Below, piece after piece: positions 28,501-36,246 of a stretch of 64,000 nt of DNA. The first letter of the stretch is position 1. Each line of letters starts with the position of its first letter. The position numbers were made by a program, and so were the translations under genes. The stretch lies in NCBI GenBank assembly GCA_021736135.1, contig JAIPGO010000001.1, forward strand, positions 64,228 to 128,227, in the 5' to 3' direction. The DNA comes from Candidatus Cloacimonadota bacterium (GTDB lineage Bacteria > Cloacimonadota > Cloacimonadia > Cloacimonadales > TCS61). A model generated the notes under the pieces. The model was not told the DNA's origin and searched no databases. It saw only the letters and a list, made by a program, of their open reading frames with translations.

Positions 28501-29709
28501 TTCCACTTCATCAAATTTCCAGTAAGCTGCCAGCCCCTCTTCATCGCCGGACAGTGTGATGTCCTGATATTTGCGCAGGTCTTCCCATTCCCGCGGTATG
28601 CTCCAGATACGAAAATCATCCATTCTGCCGTAATAGTAGTTCGTGGGATCCATGGGAGCAGATTTGCCTATCATGATTTCTGCCTGATCTGCTATGTAAC
28701 CGGTGGCTATTGCTTCGCCCACAATAAAACCATCCACATACATGGTCATTTCCAGGGTGTCAAACACGCAGGCTACATGATGCCAGCGCCCGTTGCCCCA
28801 TTCATCAAAACCGCTGTAGGGATTAACCGTGGTGATCTCCGTCCCGGTTATACCTGCGGCAGGATTATGTTCCCAGTGCAGATATCCGCCTTCCAGAAGT
28901 TCCAGCTTCAGATAGTGATCGACCGTGGATGAATCGACTGCGGCAAAAAGCGTCTGCACATGATCTGTATGCGTGGAGCGGAACCACGTTTCTATTGTAT
29001 AGCTTTCTTCCAGACCCACAAATAGCCGGTTAAGACTCGTCTCAGGATCTATGTAATAAACATAGGAATGCTCACCGGGACCAAAGAAGGCTGATCTCCC
29101 CAGGTTTGGCGTCAACATCACTTTCGTGTCTTCTACCGGATTACCGCTGGGTGTTTCCACATGTCCCGTTATCACGCCATTAGGATTCATAAATCCAATA
29201 TTATTCTCTTTATGGCTGGTTCCCATTTCGTTCGTGGAAACCACCCCATACTGATAATATTCTCCGGGAAAAACATTGAAATCCTGATAGTCCGTCTGCG
29301 ATACCGGCAAAGTGGATAAAACGTAACCATTCCGATACAGCACCACGTTAGCACCCGTTACCGGAGGGCCCGTGTGATCATCTTCAATTGTCCACTGCAC
29401 CAGCACCATATCCTGAAAATCGCCATCTGAGGCGCGCACAATGGGCGGACGCGGTTCTTTCATATAAAAAGACCAGAGACCTCCAACCATACTGTGTTGC
29501 GAATAGTTGGTCGCCTGCTGGATCATGGGCTGACCCACAGTCAGTTTCAGATTGAATAGCTGACTGTTTGTATTGCCCGTTGCTGCGGCATTATTTACCG
29601 TCATATAAGGTACCGAATAATTGGGCTCACAGGTTTGACCCCATACCGATACACTAAAGAAGATGATAAACAATCCGACAAGCAAGCTTCTAAAATGCTT
29701 CACTTTCAT
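22546..29709 (-). CDS. Giant T9SS-sorted surface protein (2387 aa) with two LamG/ConA-like domains, unassigned Ser/Thr-rich centre, GWNW repeats and two DECRGV modules
   Basis: Signal peptide MKVKHFRSLLVGLFIIFFSVSVWG. LamG-type blocks WHHVACVFD..MYVDG..GRMDDFRIWS and WHHYAVSYD..LYIDG..GRIDEMRLWN. DECRGV codons at 24019-24036 and 23062-23079. C-terminus LYPNPFNPELHIKY..GVYFLQI..LLMK. Confidence 0.9.
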   Translation of the reverse strand: MKVKHFRSLLVGLFIIFFSVSVWGQTCEPNYSVPYMTVNNAAATGNTNSQLFNLKLTVGQPMIQQATNYSQHSMVGGLWSFYMKEPRPPIVRASDGDFQDMVLVQWTIEDDHTGPPVTGANVVLYRNGYVLSTLPVSQTDYQDFNVFPGEYYQYGVVSTNEMGTSHKENNIGFMNPNGVITGHVETPSGNPVEDTKVMLTPNLGRSAFFGPGEHSYVYYIDPETSLNRLFVGLEESYTIETWFRSTHTDHVQTLFAAVDSSTVDHYLKLELLEGGYLHWEHNPAAGITGTEITTVNPYSGFDEWGNGRWHHVACVFDTLEMTMYVDGFIVGEAIATGYIADQAEIMIGKSAPMDPTNYYYGRMDDFRIWSIPREWEDLRKYQDITLSGDEEGLAAYWKFDEVEGDIVFDLTQNDNDGEICHITRSPNLAPVYVGALTDSVGNYAIRGIYYGGGTTFTVTPSKQTNIGRALELNGADQFVSFYGVRVDMVFGYTQEGWFKTAETQAQVLFSATDPANDELRLRVEMTPEGYIRGTHFTTELQNSENMADNLWHHYAVSYDQETFRLYIDGQLAEEAADANTIPDLSEIVMGRAAPEEDDLYFNGRIDEMRLWNLCRNYDQINGTKNQVLEGDEYGLANYWKMNEGGDLLVTDATGNIATGTLENGVVWTEDIPLIEMFEHYYEPESRQASLNASNTSVDMVNFTDISMIPISGYVRYESTACFQDEVQILVNGVSLVPPIYTDADGKWIIELEPGSTGDIIQPVFELHEFIPPFIELPLIASPRTGLYFSDQEFREITGKVAGGSCRFPITPSQGQIEVTVRAVNGCIEKSVVPHPVTGEYKIEDLPPFIYQIWIDHPNPEIDAFFDAETLSLEEEDRVYDFIYYAPPDVAVSGIPEGGTITLPDESEISGVGLLTMNNYYTFDIEIYESYSTWLEGETVINTCPVDSGYVRVLDYFGNNIDTTAVFTDGAIEYSCLVREPNILSGGDHPYQKQFTVIATDNYDRQAQITEWAIVTGNKPRTSAFTTTTPEIPIMILRDPPGDHSYSYLSTTETHSMSVGISMIHNDNSSEFINAYLGVDVTTEIGFIVSTEIAVDVTLDFNYSTAMTTTNSSQQEQTWTISTTEAIQTSAENTFVGQDGDLYMGGAMNLLYGITDILDVTDGVLSLDADIIIAPQGFATNYLYSEYHILNSLIPSLELIGDEESAARWQSFVDSNHDLKESASLIENRSFDAGATYEYTETEETSETVSYQFETFINEETAFAAGIEVNGVGVVGGFMIGTEITMGESSSETTTHSNTVGFVLADDDIGDSFTLDVKWDGTYGTPVFETITGASSNPWEDGTQMRDQPSLDITPAAQVNVSPDEAASFTMLLGNLSETEEQREYWFRVINTSNPDGAQISVNGIPIEDHLSYYIPYGEQVENILSIERGPVEYIYNNLQFMLVPPGQYAVWENGGPMELAAYAQVSVEFQQPASEVHIAVPQDNWLITSADEGDTLWVTMDGYNRFATNLVSIDLKYRPSTSGRGDSGGETPELSAAFGEEKKRQSDSVSSLFAEAQTNENNEEHSFDERTGEWFTAYSVLVENITEDYIIMPWNISPSIVVDGAYELRAITVSTGDSGDGYSNIVTGLIDREGPEIFGSPEPVDGILSPDDQIAIHFNENINGALISQGNQDIALFNTTTGQMVDFDFTFGFNTITVEPAVNNEWIENQTLRVDINVLEDMHGNSIAEPISWEFFVNRNPVEWLGESIHEVIYVDQTVQTSRILRNIGGSNRSYELIGGRDNGWPSGEPLPLPDWLEFSPIEGILTPGEERSISINLVDDAAAGQHNTTIYANAVMGDEPLIIDIRILDYPPEWSFDMTDFEFSMNMTAVLAVDNILSDDVYDIVGVFVDDECRGVGEISYIPTLENELGLHPYETFISIYSNQLEGEILSFRVWDASESTVLGNIVESYEFVANSVLGNPTAPVTITATNQVIKSVKINDGWNWLSFNLTKADMGINSFLESLTPTGNDMIKTQSSFAQFVEYYGWVGNMTQISTSTMYLLRMAEDDTLQITGYPVNVETDTLFVSPGWNWISYLPQYSMELNYALNSLDGLTTGDIIKSQAGFAQFVENMGWFGNMQFLQPNKGYLMRLTYPGELVYPFEIVPLAGMPEDIALSLYSESDLRAVQEDEPDWQVIPELYEYNMNIIAVVMQDGMEAANETDMIAAFYGDECRGVTTPVYLEAFDRNLVFMTVYGNVDEDISFNFKYFNSLTSQTYDLEETIDFAANDVFGSILEPYALHTLPLTDGDENLIPVLETRLQALYPNPFNPELHIKYSLSENTPVEIVMFNIKGQKVKTLVNETQESGWYHLSWTGDNDDHNPIASGVYFLQIKADGYQEMRKVLLMK

Positions 29710-29742
29710 AATTAACTCCAGTTTTGATTGTTTAACATCAGT

Positions 29743-32088
29743 TTACTTATTTTCCAGCGCTTCGATTCTAAGTATCAGCATCTCGATTGTTCTTTCCTGT
29801 TCCTCCACTATTTCATTCAGTTCCTGAATAGCAGCTATTGCTACAACACCAAATCCTGAATAATTCAAGGTCAATTCTTCGTCTTTTTCTCCTACCAGTT
29901 CAGGATATAGATCAGCAACTTCTTGTGCTATAAACCCAATACATTTCTCTTCACTGTCGTCCTGGGTTTTGTAATGGAACCTACTAGGCTTCAACTGCAT
30001 TACTTTTCCCAGATTGTCGCTTTCAACCTGTTCTATGTTTTTCTTAACACTGCGGTCTGACCAAGTATGGAAAGAACCATCCCCACAGTCAACGTAAGCT
30101 TTATTGCTTCCATTATACCTAAAGGAAAAATCATTATCAGTATACATAAATAATTGCCAGTTATCATATCCTCTATACCAATAATAACCTGTAAATCCTA
30201 AATCCTGTGAAGTAGTATTATTTGCCTTGAAAAACATATCACTATATATATATCCGGTAGAGTAGACACTGTTTGTCCCTGTAACATAACCAAAATTCGC
30301 GGCACTGCCTGTTATCCCTGAAGTTCTTATGTTTCCGTCACATTCGATTTGATCTTCCACATAAAGATCTCCTACACTTGTAGCATAATCTACCGAGGCA
30401 TTGCCATCCCATATGCGGACACTGTTTCCTCTAACATCCAGACATCCAGATGGCGAATAGTTATGCCCGATTGACACAGAGCTTAACTTACTCGCTGAAG
30501 ATGGATTTACTACATAACTGGGACTATCTAAATCCATCATTGATGAAGCATATAAATACCCCCCACATTCAAGAATATCTTCTACGAAAAGGTCTCCTGC
30601 ACCTGAGGCATAATTAACCGTGGCGCTGCCATCCCAAATCCTGACTTCGTCATTACGAACATCAAGTGATCCATAGTTTGTACCGCTAAAACCTAAACTA
30701 ATCGATTGCATACTGGAACTGCCTGCGGGATTTACAAAGTAATTTTGATTTTGAAGATCATAAACGGCACTACTGCTCAAAGTTCCACTTATATAAGCAT
30801 TGCCATCCAATTCCAATACGTCTTCCACGTAAAGGGCTGACTGACCATAGGCATAATCAACACTGGCGTTGCCATCCCAGATGCGCAATCCTCCATTGCG
30901 TATATCCAGAATATCCGCCGGATCATAATCATGACCAAGTGACAATCCTACCAGTTTAGAATTTCCTGCCGGATTAACGTACCAGTATGGACTATCAACA
31001 TCTTTAAAAGTAGTACCCTTTATTTCATTAGAAACCGTTACTGGAGAATTGGAAAGCAGGGGACCATAGAAATTGATCGTTCCGGTAGGTACAATACTTA
31101 ATCGGGTTGTTGAACCACTGATCAGATCAAGGTTTCCCGTTCCGTCTTCATCACTGTCTGCTGTGATCATGGCATTGCCAGAATTCGATAATGAACTGGC
31201 TGAACCACCCATATCTGCGCTGACCAGTGTGGAACCGTCATCAAACATGATCCCGCCATTACGCATCTTCAGATTACCATTTATATCCAGTGCTTGTGCT
31301 GGAGTATCCAGGTTTACTCCTATTTTCCCATCAGGTGCCACTACAAACTGACTCGAGCCGTCTTCATTTTCTATTAAAAGCTTATTGAGCTGCGGATCAG
31401 TAGCCACTATGTGCAAATCTGCTTCCGGGATTTCCACATTCACTCCCACCTGACTGCCAGCAGTTACTACGAACTTATTGGTACCGTCCGCTTCCTCGAT
31501 GATAATCTTATTTTCTGCTGCATCAGTTGCAACCACGTGCAGGTCAGCCTCTGGTGTCTCAACGTTAATACCTACTTTTCCTGCTTCTGTAACAACAACT
31601 GAATTTTCACCAGTTTCGCTTTCGATCAAGAGCTTATCGACACCAGCTTCGGAATCCACAATATGCAGATAGGCAGCCGGTTCATGAGTTCCTATTCCCA
31701 CATTTCCTACTGATGGAAATACGTTGTCAGTTCCAAATACGCTCATGGCTGAAGGCGATTTAGTGAGTTTAAAGCGCGGTTCCATTTCCACGCCTTCATT
31801 GACCGTGATCCCGATCCAGTAATGTTCATCAAAAGGAATCTGATCCAGAGGACTATTTACTCCCAGTTCCACTCCAAATACACCATTAGTAACCAGAACG
31901 CTGCCCTGGCTTTCTTCCCAGAATGCAGATCCGCCTGCTTCCTCATTGTAAAGCTTGAATAATAAATTGTAGTATCCGTCATCTACCGTCTTACCCAGGG
32001 GATCTCTCAATACACCCTGCACTGAAAATGTGTCTGCGCCTAATACGCATAATGCCAATACAAAAAATAACAAAATCGCTCTTTTCAT
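29743..32088 (-). CDS. Secreted tail-fibre-like protein with C-terminal peptidase S74 intramolecular-chaperone domain
   Basis: 781 aa. Signal peptide MKRAILLFFVLALCVLGA. Three ~40-aa repeats (..PEADLH(I/V)VATD..) at 31285-31707. Three ~77-aa repeats (..VNPAG..L(D)(I/V)R..(L/V)RIWDG(N/S)A(S/T)V(D/N)YA..L(Y/F)VED..) at 30319-31005. C-terminus WSDRSVKKNIEQVE..IGFIAQEV..LNYSGF plus coiled coil, with Ser677 (30058-30060) and Lys682 (30043-30045) spaced as in endosialidase/tail-spike autocleavage dyads. AAGGAG RBS. Confidence 0.85.
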   Translation of the reverse strand: MKRAILLFFVLALCVLGADTFSVQGVLRDPLGKTVDDGYYNLLFKLYNEEAGGSAFWEESQGSVLVTNGVFGVELGVNSPLDQIPFDEHYWIGITVNEGVEMEPRFKLTKSPSAMSVFGTDNVFPSVGNVGIGTHEPAAYLHIVDSEAGVDKLLIESETGENSVVVTEAGKVGINVETPEADLHVVATDAAENKIIIEEADGTNKFVVTAGSQVGVNVEIPEADLHIVATDPQLNKLLIENEDGSSQFVVAPDGKIGVNLDTPAQALDINGNLKMRNGGIMFDDGSTLVSADMGGSASSLSNSGNAMITADSDEDGTGNLDLISGSTTRLSIVPTGTINFYGPLLSNSPVTVSNEIKGTTFKDVDSPYWYVNPAGNSKLVGLSLGHDYDPADILDIRNGGLRIWDGNASVDYAYGQSALYVEDVLELDGNAYISGTLSSSAVYDLQNQNYFVNPAGSSSMQSISLGFSGTNYGSLDVRNDEVRIWDGSATVNYASGAGDLFVEDILECGGYLYASSMMDLDSPSYVVNPSSASKLSSVSIGHNYSPSGCLDVRGNSVRIWDGNASVDYATSVGDLYVEDQIECDGNIRTSGITGSAANFGYVTGTNSVYSTGYIYSDMFFKANNTTSQDLGFTGYYWYRGYDNWQLFMYTDNDFSFRYNGSNKAYVDCGDGSFHTWSDRSVKKNIEQVESDNLGKVMQLKPSRFHYKTQDDSEEKCIGFIAQEVADLYPELVGEKDEELTLNYSGFGVVAIAAIQELNEIVEEQERTIEMLILRIEALENK

Positions 32089-32113
32089 CGTTTTCTCCTT
32101 TTTTTAAATCGTT

Positions 32114-32383
32114 TTACTTGGGTTTATCTATACATTTTTTGTTACAGACCGACTGGTAAGTATCTATGATTGCCTGATGAAGGCAGGATATCTCCTGCTG
32201 CGTTATTTGACGATTACCATTCTCATATTCCCGGGCTATATTATATATCTGCTCATCTTGAAGCACTATCGTGAAACAGAACATTTTCCGCCATTGATTG
32301 CTGATCTCGACGATGTCACTGATTTCGCATATTTGCGTTACGCTGATACTCTCGTTTTCTGAAATTCTAATCAAATCATTCAA
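32114..32383 (-). CDS. Hypothetical small protein (89 aa, TTG start), first ORF after the sigma54-type promoter
   Basis: The ORF in the track begins with TTG (32381-32383) after AGGGG. No signal peptide and no motif. 25 nt upstream of the tail-fibre-like gene. Coding status is uncertain. Confidence 0.35.
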   Translation of the reverse strand: MNDLIRISENESISVTQICEISDIVEISNQWRKMFCFTIVLQDEQIYNIAREYENGNRQITQQEISCLHQAIIDTYQSVCNKKCIDKPK

Positions 32384-32416
32384 TTCTAACCCCTGGTAAT
32401 TTCTGAGTTCTATTCA

Positions 32417-32431
32417 GCAATTTGAATACCA
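32417..32431 (-). promoter_or_regulatory. Sigma54-type -24/-12 promoter
   Basis: The minus strand reads TGGTATTCAAATTGC(T). GG-N10-GC spacing is identical to the TGGCAC-N5-TTGC consensus. It lies about 33 nt upstream of ORF 32383 and downstream of a sigma54 activator gene. Confidence 0.55.
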
Positions 32432-32518
32432 AACGGAAACAAAATTATTACAAGAAGCTATCTTATTATTAATATTATATTTATAGAATAGTATTCAATT
32501 GTTGTCTTCAGGAATAGA

Positions 32519-32565
32519 CTATAGCAATTTGGAATACACTTCCATTTTGCTATAGCAATTTGGAA
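32519..32565. promoter_or_regulatory. Two exact 16-bp direct repeats (candidate upstream activator sites)
   Basis: CTATAGCAATTTGGAA occurs at 32519-32534 and 32550-32565, 31 bp apart. The repeats are embedded in dyads TGGAATACACTTCCA and TTCCATTTTGCTATAGCAATTTGGAA. They lie ~90-135 bp upstream of the -24 element. Confidence 0.5.
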
Positions 32566-32589
32566 GTATCGGTTTTTCCCTTCGCGGGG

Positions 32590-34686
32590 CTATCCTTGAT
32601 TCATCTGTTTCAGCTTGCGGTTCAATGTTGAATATGAAATTCCCAATATCCTGGCTGTCTTGCTGTGATTATTACCGGTTCTATCCAAAGTTCCAAGGAT
32701 CATTTCTCTTTCCATTTCTTCTAAAGTTGTAATATCCATTCCGGTAGTCTGCGTACTTAATACCGGAGCAGATCTGAGATTGAAACATTCCGCAGAAAGA
32801 GTATCGGTTCTCAGCATTATCATTGCTCTTTCCACCATATTCCTCAATTCCCGAACATTACCGGGGAAAGAATAGTTTTCTAATTGTTCCATAACATCCA
32901 GCGCTATTTTAGGTAATGGTTTTTTTAGAGCCTGGGCATACTCCGAGATAAAAAAGTGTACTAGCGGCTCGATATCCGATTTTCTCTCCCGTAAAGGTGG
33001 AATATATATTTCTATAGTATTGATGCGGTAGAAAAGATCAACCCGGAAAATATTATCCTCTATCAACTGGTTAATGTCCTTATTAGTAGCTGCGATCAAA
33101 CGGAAATCTATCTGCATTTCTTTGCTGGAGCCAATGGGCTTGATTTTTTTACTTTCCAGTACACGCAGTAGTTTTGCCTGCAGAGAAGCAGGCATATCAC
33201 CAATCTCATCCAGGAATAAAGTGCCTTTATCTGCTTCTTCCAGATAGCCGGTTTTATCTGCCAGAGCTCCAGTAAAAGATCCTTTCTTATGTCCGAAAAA
33301 TTCACTCTCCATCAATGTTTCCGGTATGGAACTACAATTTACCGGAATAATCATGCTGTCTTTACGATTACTTGCAAAATGAATGATGTGTGCAATTATC
33401 TCTTTGCCGGTACCGCTTTCTCCTGTGATCAATACGTTAGTATCCTGATGCTGTGCCGCTTTCATTGCCAGTTCATGCACTTCCTTGATCGCATTGCTCC
33501 TGCCAATGAGGTTCATACTCATCTGCTTCTTGAGCACTTCGGATATCAGAGAACTTTTCCTCTGTGTGTTTACCAGTTGCTTTTTAGCATCTTCATATTT
33601 CTTTTGAAGATTAGATATTTTTTCTATTACTTCCGAATTCAGTCTCTTATCTTTCAGTTCGGAATATTTCTCGAAATTCATTAAAGATTTCTCAAAATTC
33701 TGCTGTGCCTTATAAACCTTGCTCAATAGGTGATAAATCTCTTCCACTTCCTGCACCAGATTCATCTTGAGCGCGTCTTTCAGGCTTGTTTTCAGATATT
33801 TCAGCGCTTCCCTGAAATTCTGCTGCTTAAAATATACCGTTCCAATATGTTTTAAATAAAACGTCCGGTTTTTGTTGATCTCACTTTCCCTGATCAGCTC
33901 CAGAGCTTCCTGATAATATTCCAGGGCTTGGTCCAGTTCTTCCCGGTCTTCATATACCCCGCCGATATTGTTCTTAACTATTGCCAGAATATGCGTCAGT
34001 CCGCTTTCTTCCACGTAAGGCAGCGCTTCCAGGTAATATTCCAGGGTTTTTTCCGTATCCTCTTCATTGTAGGATACACCCAGATTTATCAGTGCTTTAA
34101 AAATACTGTTCACATCATTCTGCTCTTTTGCCATTTTTAAAGCCAGCCGGGTATATTCCCGCGATTTCTCCTGCTGCTTCAATATCCCGTATAGAATCCC
34201 TATTTGCTCATGAACTCCGATATAACCGCGCAAAAGTATCTTCTTCGGTTGTTTTTCGATCTTTATCTGTTTCTGCATCAGATCTTTTGCCTGAAATAAT
34301 AGCTCCAGAGCTTCATCGATCCTGCCCTGATTGCGATATGCCCCCCCCAAACTCACATAACAGAAAGATTGCCCCTCCAAATTTCCCAATTCTTCATAAA
34401 GTTCTAATGACTTACGGGCACTTTCTTCGGTTTTGGCATAATCCGGTTTAAATGAATATACACGACTCAGAAAATCATAACAATTCGCTGTTTTCAGCTT
34501 ATTGCCAGCCTGTGTGAAGAGCAGGATCAACTCTTCAACATAAGGTATTGACTGCAAAACATCTTCCGTATGCGAATAAGTACCAACCAGCGCTTCCAGT
34601 ACTGGAATTAATTCTTCTTTATTCCCTTTTTTTCTAATTGAATCCAATTCATTTTCTAATTGCCTGATACTTTTGCTGCCATCCAT
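32590..34686 (-). CDS. Sigma54-dependent transcriptional activator (bEBP) with N-terminal TPR-repeat sensor region
   Basis: 698 aa. The N-terminal ~370 aa are TPR-like repeats plus coiled coil. AAA+ sigma54-interaction domain: Walker A GESGTGKE, GSFTGA at the GAFTGA loop, LFLDEIGDM, RVDLFYRIN. C-terminal Fis-type HTH HSKTARILGISYSTLNRKLK. Confidence 0.9.
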   Translation of the reverse strand: MDGSKSIRQLENELDSIRKKGNKEELIPVLEALVGTYSHTEDVLQSIPYVEELILLFTQAGNKLKTANCYDFLSRVYSFKPDYAKTEESARKSLELYEELGNLEGQSFCYVSLGGAYRNQGRIDEALELLFQAKDLMQKQIKIEKQPKKILLRGYIGVHEQIGILYGILKQQEKSREYTRLALKMAKEQNDVNSIFKALINLGVSYNEEDTEKTLEYYLEALPYVEESGLTHILAIVKNNIGGVYEDREELDQALEYYQEALELIRESEINKNRTFYLKHIGTVYFKQQNFREALKYLKTSLKDALKMNLVQEVEEIYHLLSKVYKAQQNFEKSLMNFEKYSELKDKRLNSEVIEKISNLQKKYEDAKKQLVNTQRKSSLISEVLKKQMSMNLIGRSNAIKEVHELAMKAAQHQDTNVLITGESGTGKEIIAHIIHFASNRKDSMIIPVNCSSIPETLMESEFFGHKKGSFTGALADKTGYLEEADKGTLFLDEIGDMPASLQAKLLRVLESKKIKPIGSSKEMQIDFRLIAATNKDINQLIEDNIFRVDLFYRINTIEIYIPPLRERKSDIEPLVHFFISEYAQALKKPLPKIALDVMEQLENYSFPGNVRELRNMVERAMIMLRTDTLSAECFNLRSAPVLSTQTTGMDITTLEEMEREMILGTLDRTGNNHSKTARILGISYSTLNRKLKQMNQG

Positions 34687-34698
34687 TTTTTTTCGTCC

Positions 34699-36246
34699 CT
34701 ATTTCAATAACAATAATTTTCCTGATATCTGCCCGGAACCGGAACTGAGCCTGTAAATATATAATCCGCTGGCGGCTTCTTGCTGCTGTTCATCTTCTCC
34801 CTGCCAGTTGTATTCATAAAATCCCTTTTCCAGAGCGCTGTTTAAAAGCGTCTGCACCCGTTGCCCGCGGCTGTTGAAAATTTCCAGTTTTACTTCCCCT
34901 GCCTGCTGCACTTGGAAGGAGATAGTTGTGCAGGGATTAAACGGATTGGGATAGCAGATAACTTCACTTATTCCCGTCAAGTCTCCATCAGTCCCCACCA
35001 CCGGCGACATTACTATCTCCTCATAAACATTAGCATCCGCAATCTCAAAATCTCCCGTTACACCGATGTATAAGCTGTGGCTCACCATATAGCCATAAAT
35101 GCCATTTGCCAGATCAAAGGAAAAGCTCCCGTCGCCCATGGAATACTCGTAAAGAGGATCGCCGCCTGCTGCCGGGATCACCATCAATTGTGCGTTTATC
35201 ACTGGCTCGGCATTCTGGTTATACACATAGCCATAAAACTGTCCCCCTATGCCGCCAATTGGTTCTAAAACGACTTCCCGGTAAACATCTCCCCCGTCTA
35301 TTTCCACGGTATCCGTCAATATTCCATAGCCGATTGCGGTAACGGTATAATCATAAATCCCGTCTGACAGCGATATTGAAAAAGCCCCCACAGAATCGGA
35401 GACAAAGAAATAAGGTATGCTCGAATTGGGGTTATCCAGCATAAAACCCGCATTAGCAATTAACTCTCCCTCAGGATCGGTCACTATCCCGTAAAAATCC
35501 CCATCCGGAAAGTAATACATGAAATCTATTCCTGTCTCATGACCATTTACCGTTATTTCCTGAATTGCCGGTGGTATGAATCCGCCGTTGATATCCAGCA
35601 GACTGTAAACGCCGGTCATGCATACCACATCAGGTATATCTTCCGGCACAAAAATCTGATAATCTCCTAAAAAGCCCGTTAAATCACTCAATATGTAATG
35701 ATCAGAAGCAATGAAGGCTAAAAAAGTCTCCAGATCAAAATTGTTCAATAATTCCATCAATACGTCTATCCCGCCGTTATATATAGTGTAAACCAATCCA
35801 CCCATCACGGGCAGATCTATCCAGCTCCCTTCCTGCAATACGTTGCCGGAGATACTGTAATTAGTATTTAACTGCTCGAACTGAATACTGACCATGTCAG
35901 AAATATCCTCATCAGTCAAGGTCACAGTCAGGGTCGTGCCTTCCGGTAATTGGATGAAATTGGCAAAACCACCGGCAAAAGCGCCGTCTAATCCCGTCTC
36001 ATCAAGCATCCCGCCATCCTGAAATAAGAGATAATTCCCGGAAAAAATCGGTATTTCCTGCCCTAATATCTCCACCCCAAAGGCAAAATCAGCAGCATTA
36101 CCTTCAACTTCAAACTCGAATTCAAAATACATCGAATCACCTATGGCAATTGTTGTGCTGGTTGCACCATTAACCGTAAAATTATGAACTGCCGCCAGAG
36201 GAATAAATGATACAAGTAATAAAAGTAATAACAATTTTATCTTCAT
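34699..36246 (-). CDS. Secreted T9SS-sorted protein with carboxypeptidase-regulatory-like (Ig-like) repeats
   Basis: Signal peptide MKIKLLLLLLLVSFIPLAA. Repeats GIVTDPEGELIANAGFML.. and GYVYNQNAEPVINAQLMV... C-terminus CYPNPFNPCTTISFQ..GLYIYRL..LLLK. ATG 36246 is preferred over the GTG at 36261. The stop lies 12 nt from the activator gene start. Confidence 0.8.
   Translation of the reverse strand: MKIKLLLLLLLVSFIPLAAVHNFTVNGATSTTIAIGDSMYFEFEFEVEGNAADFAFGVEILGQEIPIFSGNYLLFQDGGMLDETGLDGAFAGGFANFIQLPEGTTLTVTLTDEDISDMVSIQFEQLNTNYSISGNVLQEGSWIDLPVMGGLVYTIYNGGIDVLMELLNNFDLETFLAFIASDHYILSDLTGFLGDYQIFVPEDIPDVVCMTGVYSLLDINGGFIPPAIQEITVNGHETGIDFMYYFPDGDFYGIVTDPEGELIANAGFMLDNPNSSIPYFFVSDSVGAFSISLSDGIYDYTVTAIGYGILTDTVEIDGGDVYREVVLEPIGGIGGQFYGYVYNQNAEPVINAQLMVIPAAGGDPLYEYSMGDGSFSFDLANGIYGYMVSHSLYIGVTGDFEIADANVYEEIVMSPVVGTDGDLTGISEVICYPNPFNPCTTISFQVQQAGEVKLEIFNSRGQRVQTLLNSALEKGFYEYNWQGEDEQQQEAASGLYIYRLSSGSGQISGKLLLLK

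Noticed and set aside
28051-28932. 293-aa + strand ORF in the supplied track
   Set aside because: It lies entirely antisense to the well-supported 2387-aa LamG/T9SS gene. It has no RBS, its composition is low-complexity, and no motif is present. It is a typical shadow ORF of a long gene.
29743-32088. Prophage or phage-remnant call based on the tail-fibre-like gene
   Set aside because: No capsid, terminase, portal, baseplate, integrase or lysis genes are present in the window. The protein has a Sec signal peptide and sits in an operon with T9SS cargo.
32519-32565. Possible CRISPR-like array
   Set aside because: There are only two 16-bp repeats with a 15-bp spacer and no cas genes. They fit an activator binding site better. 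No CRISPR array was seen anywhere in the window.
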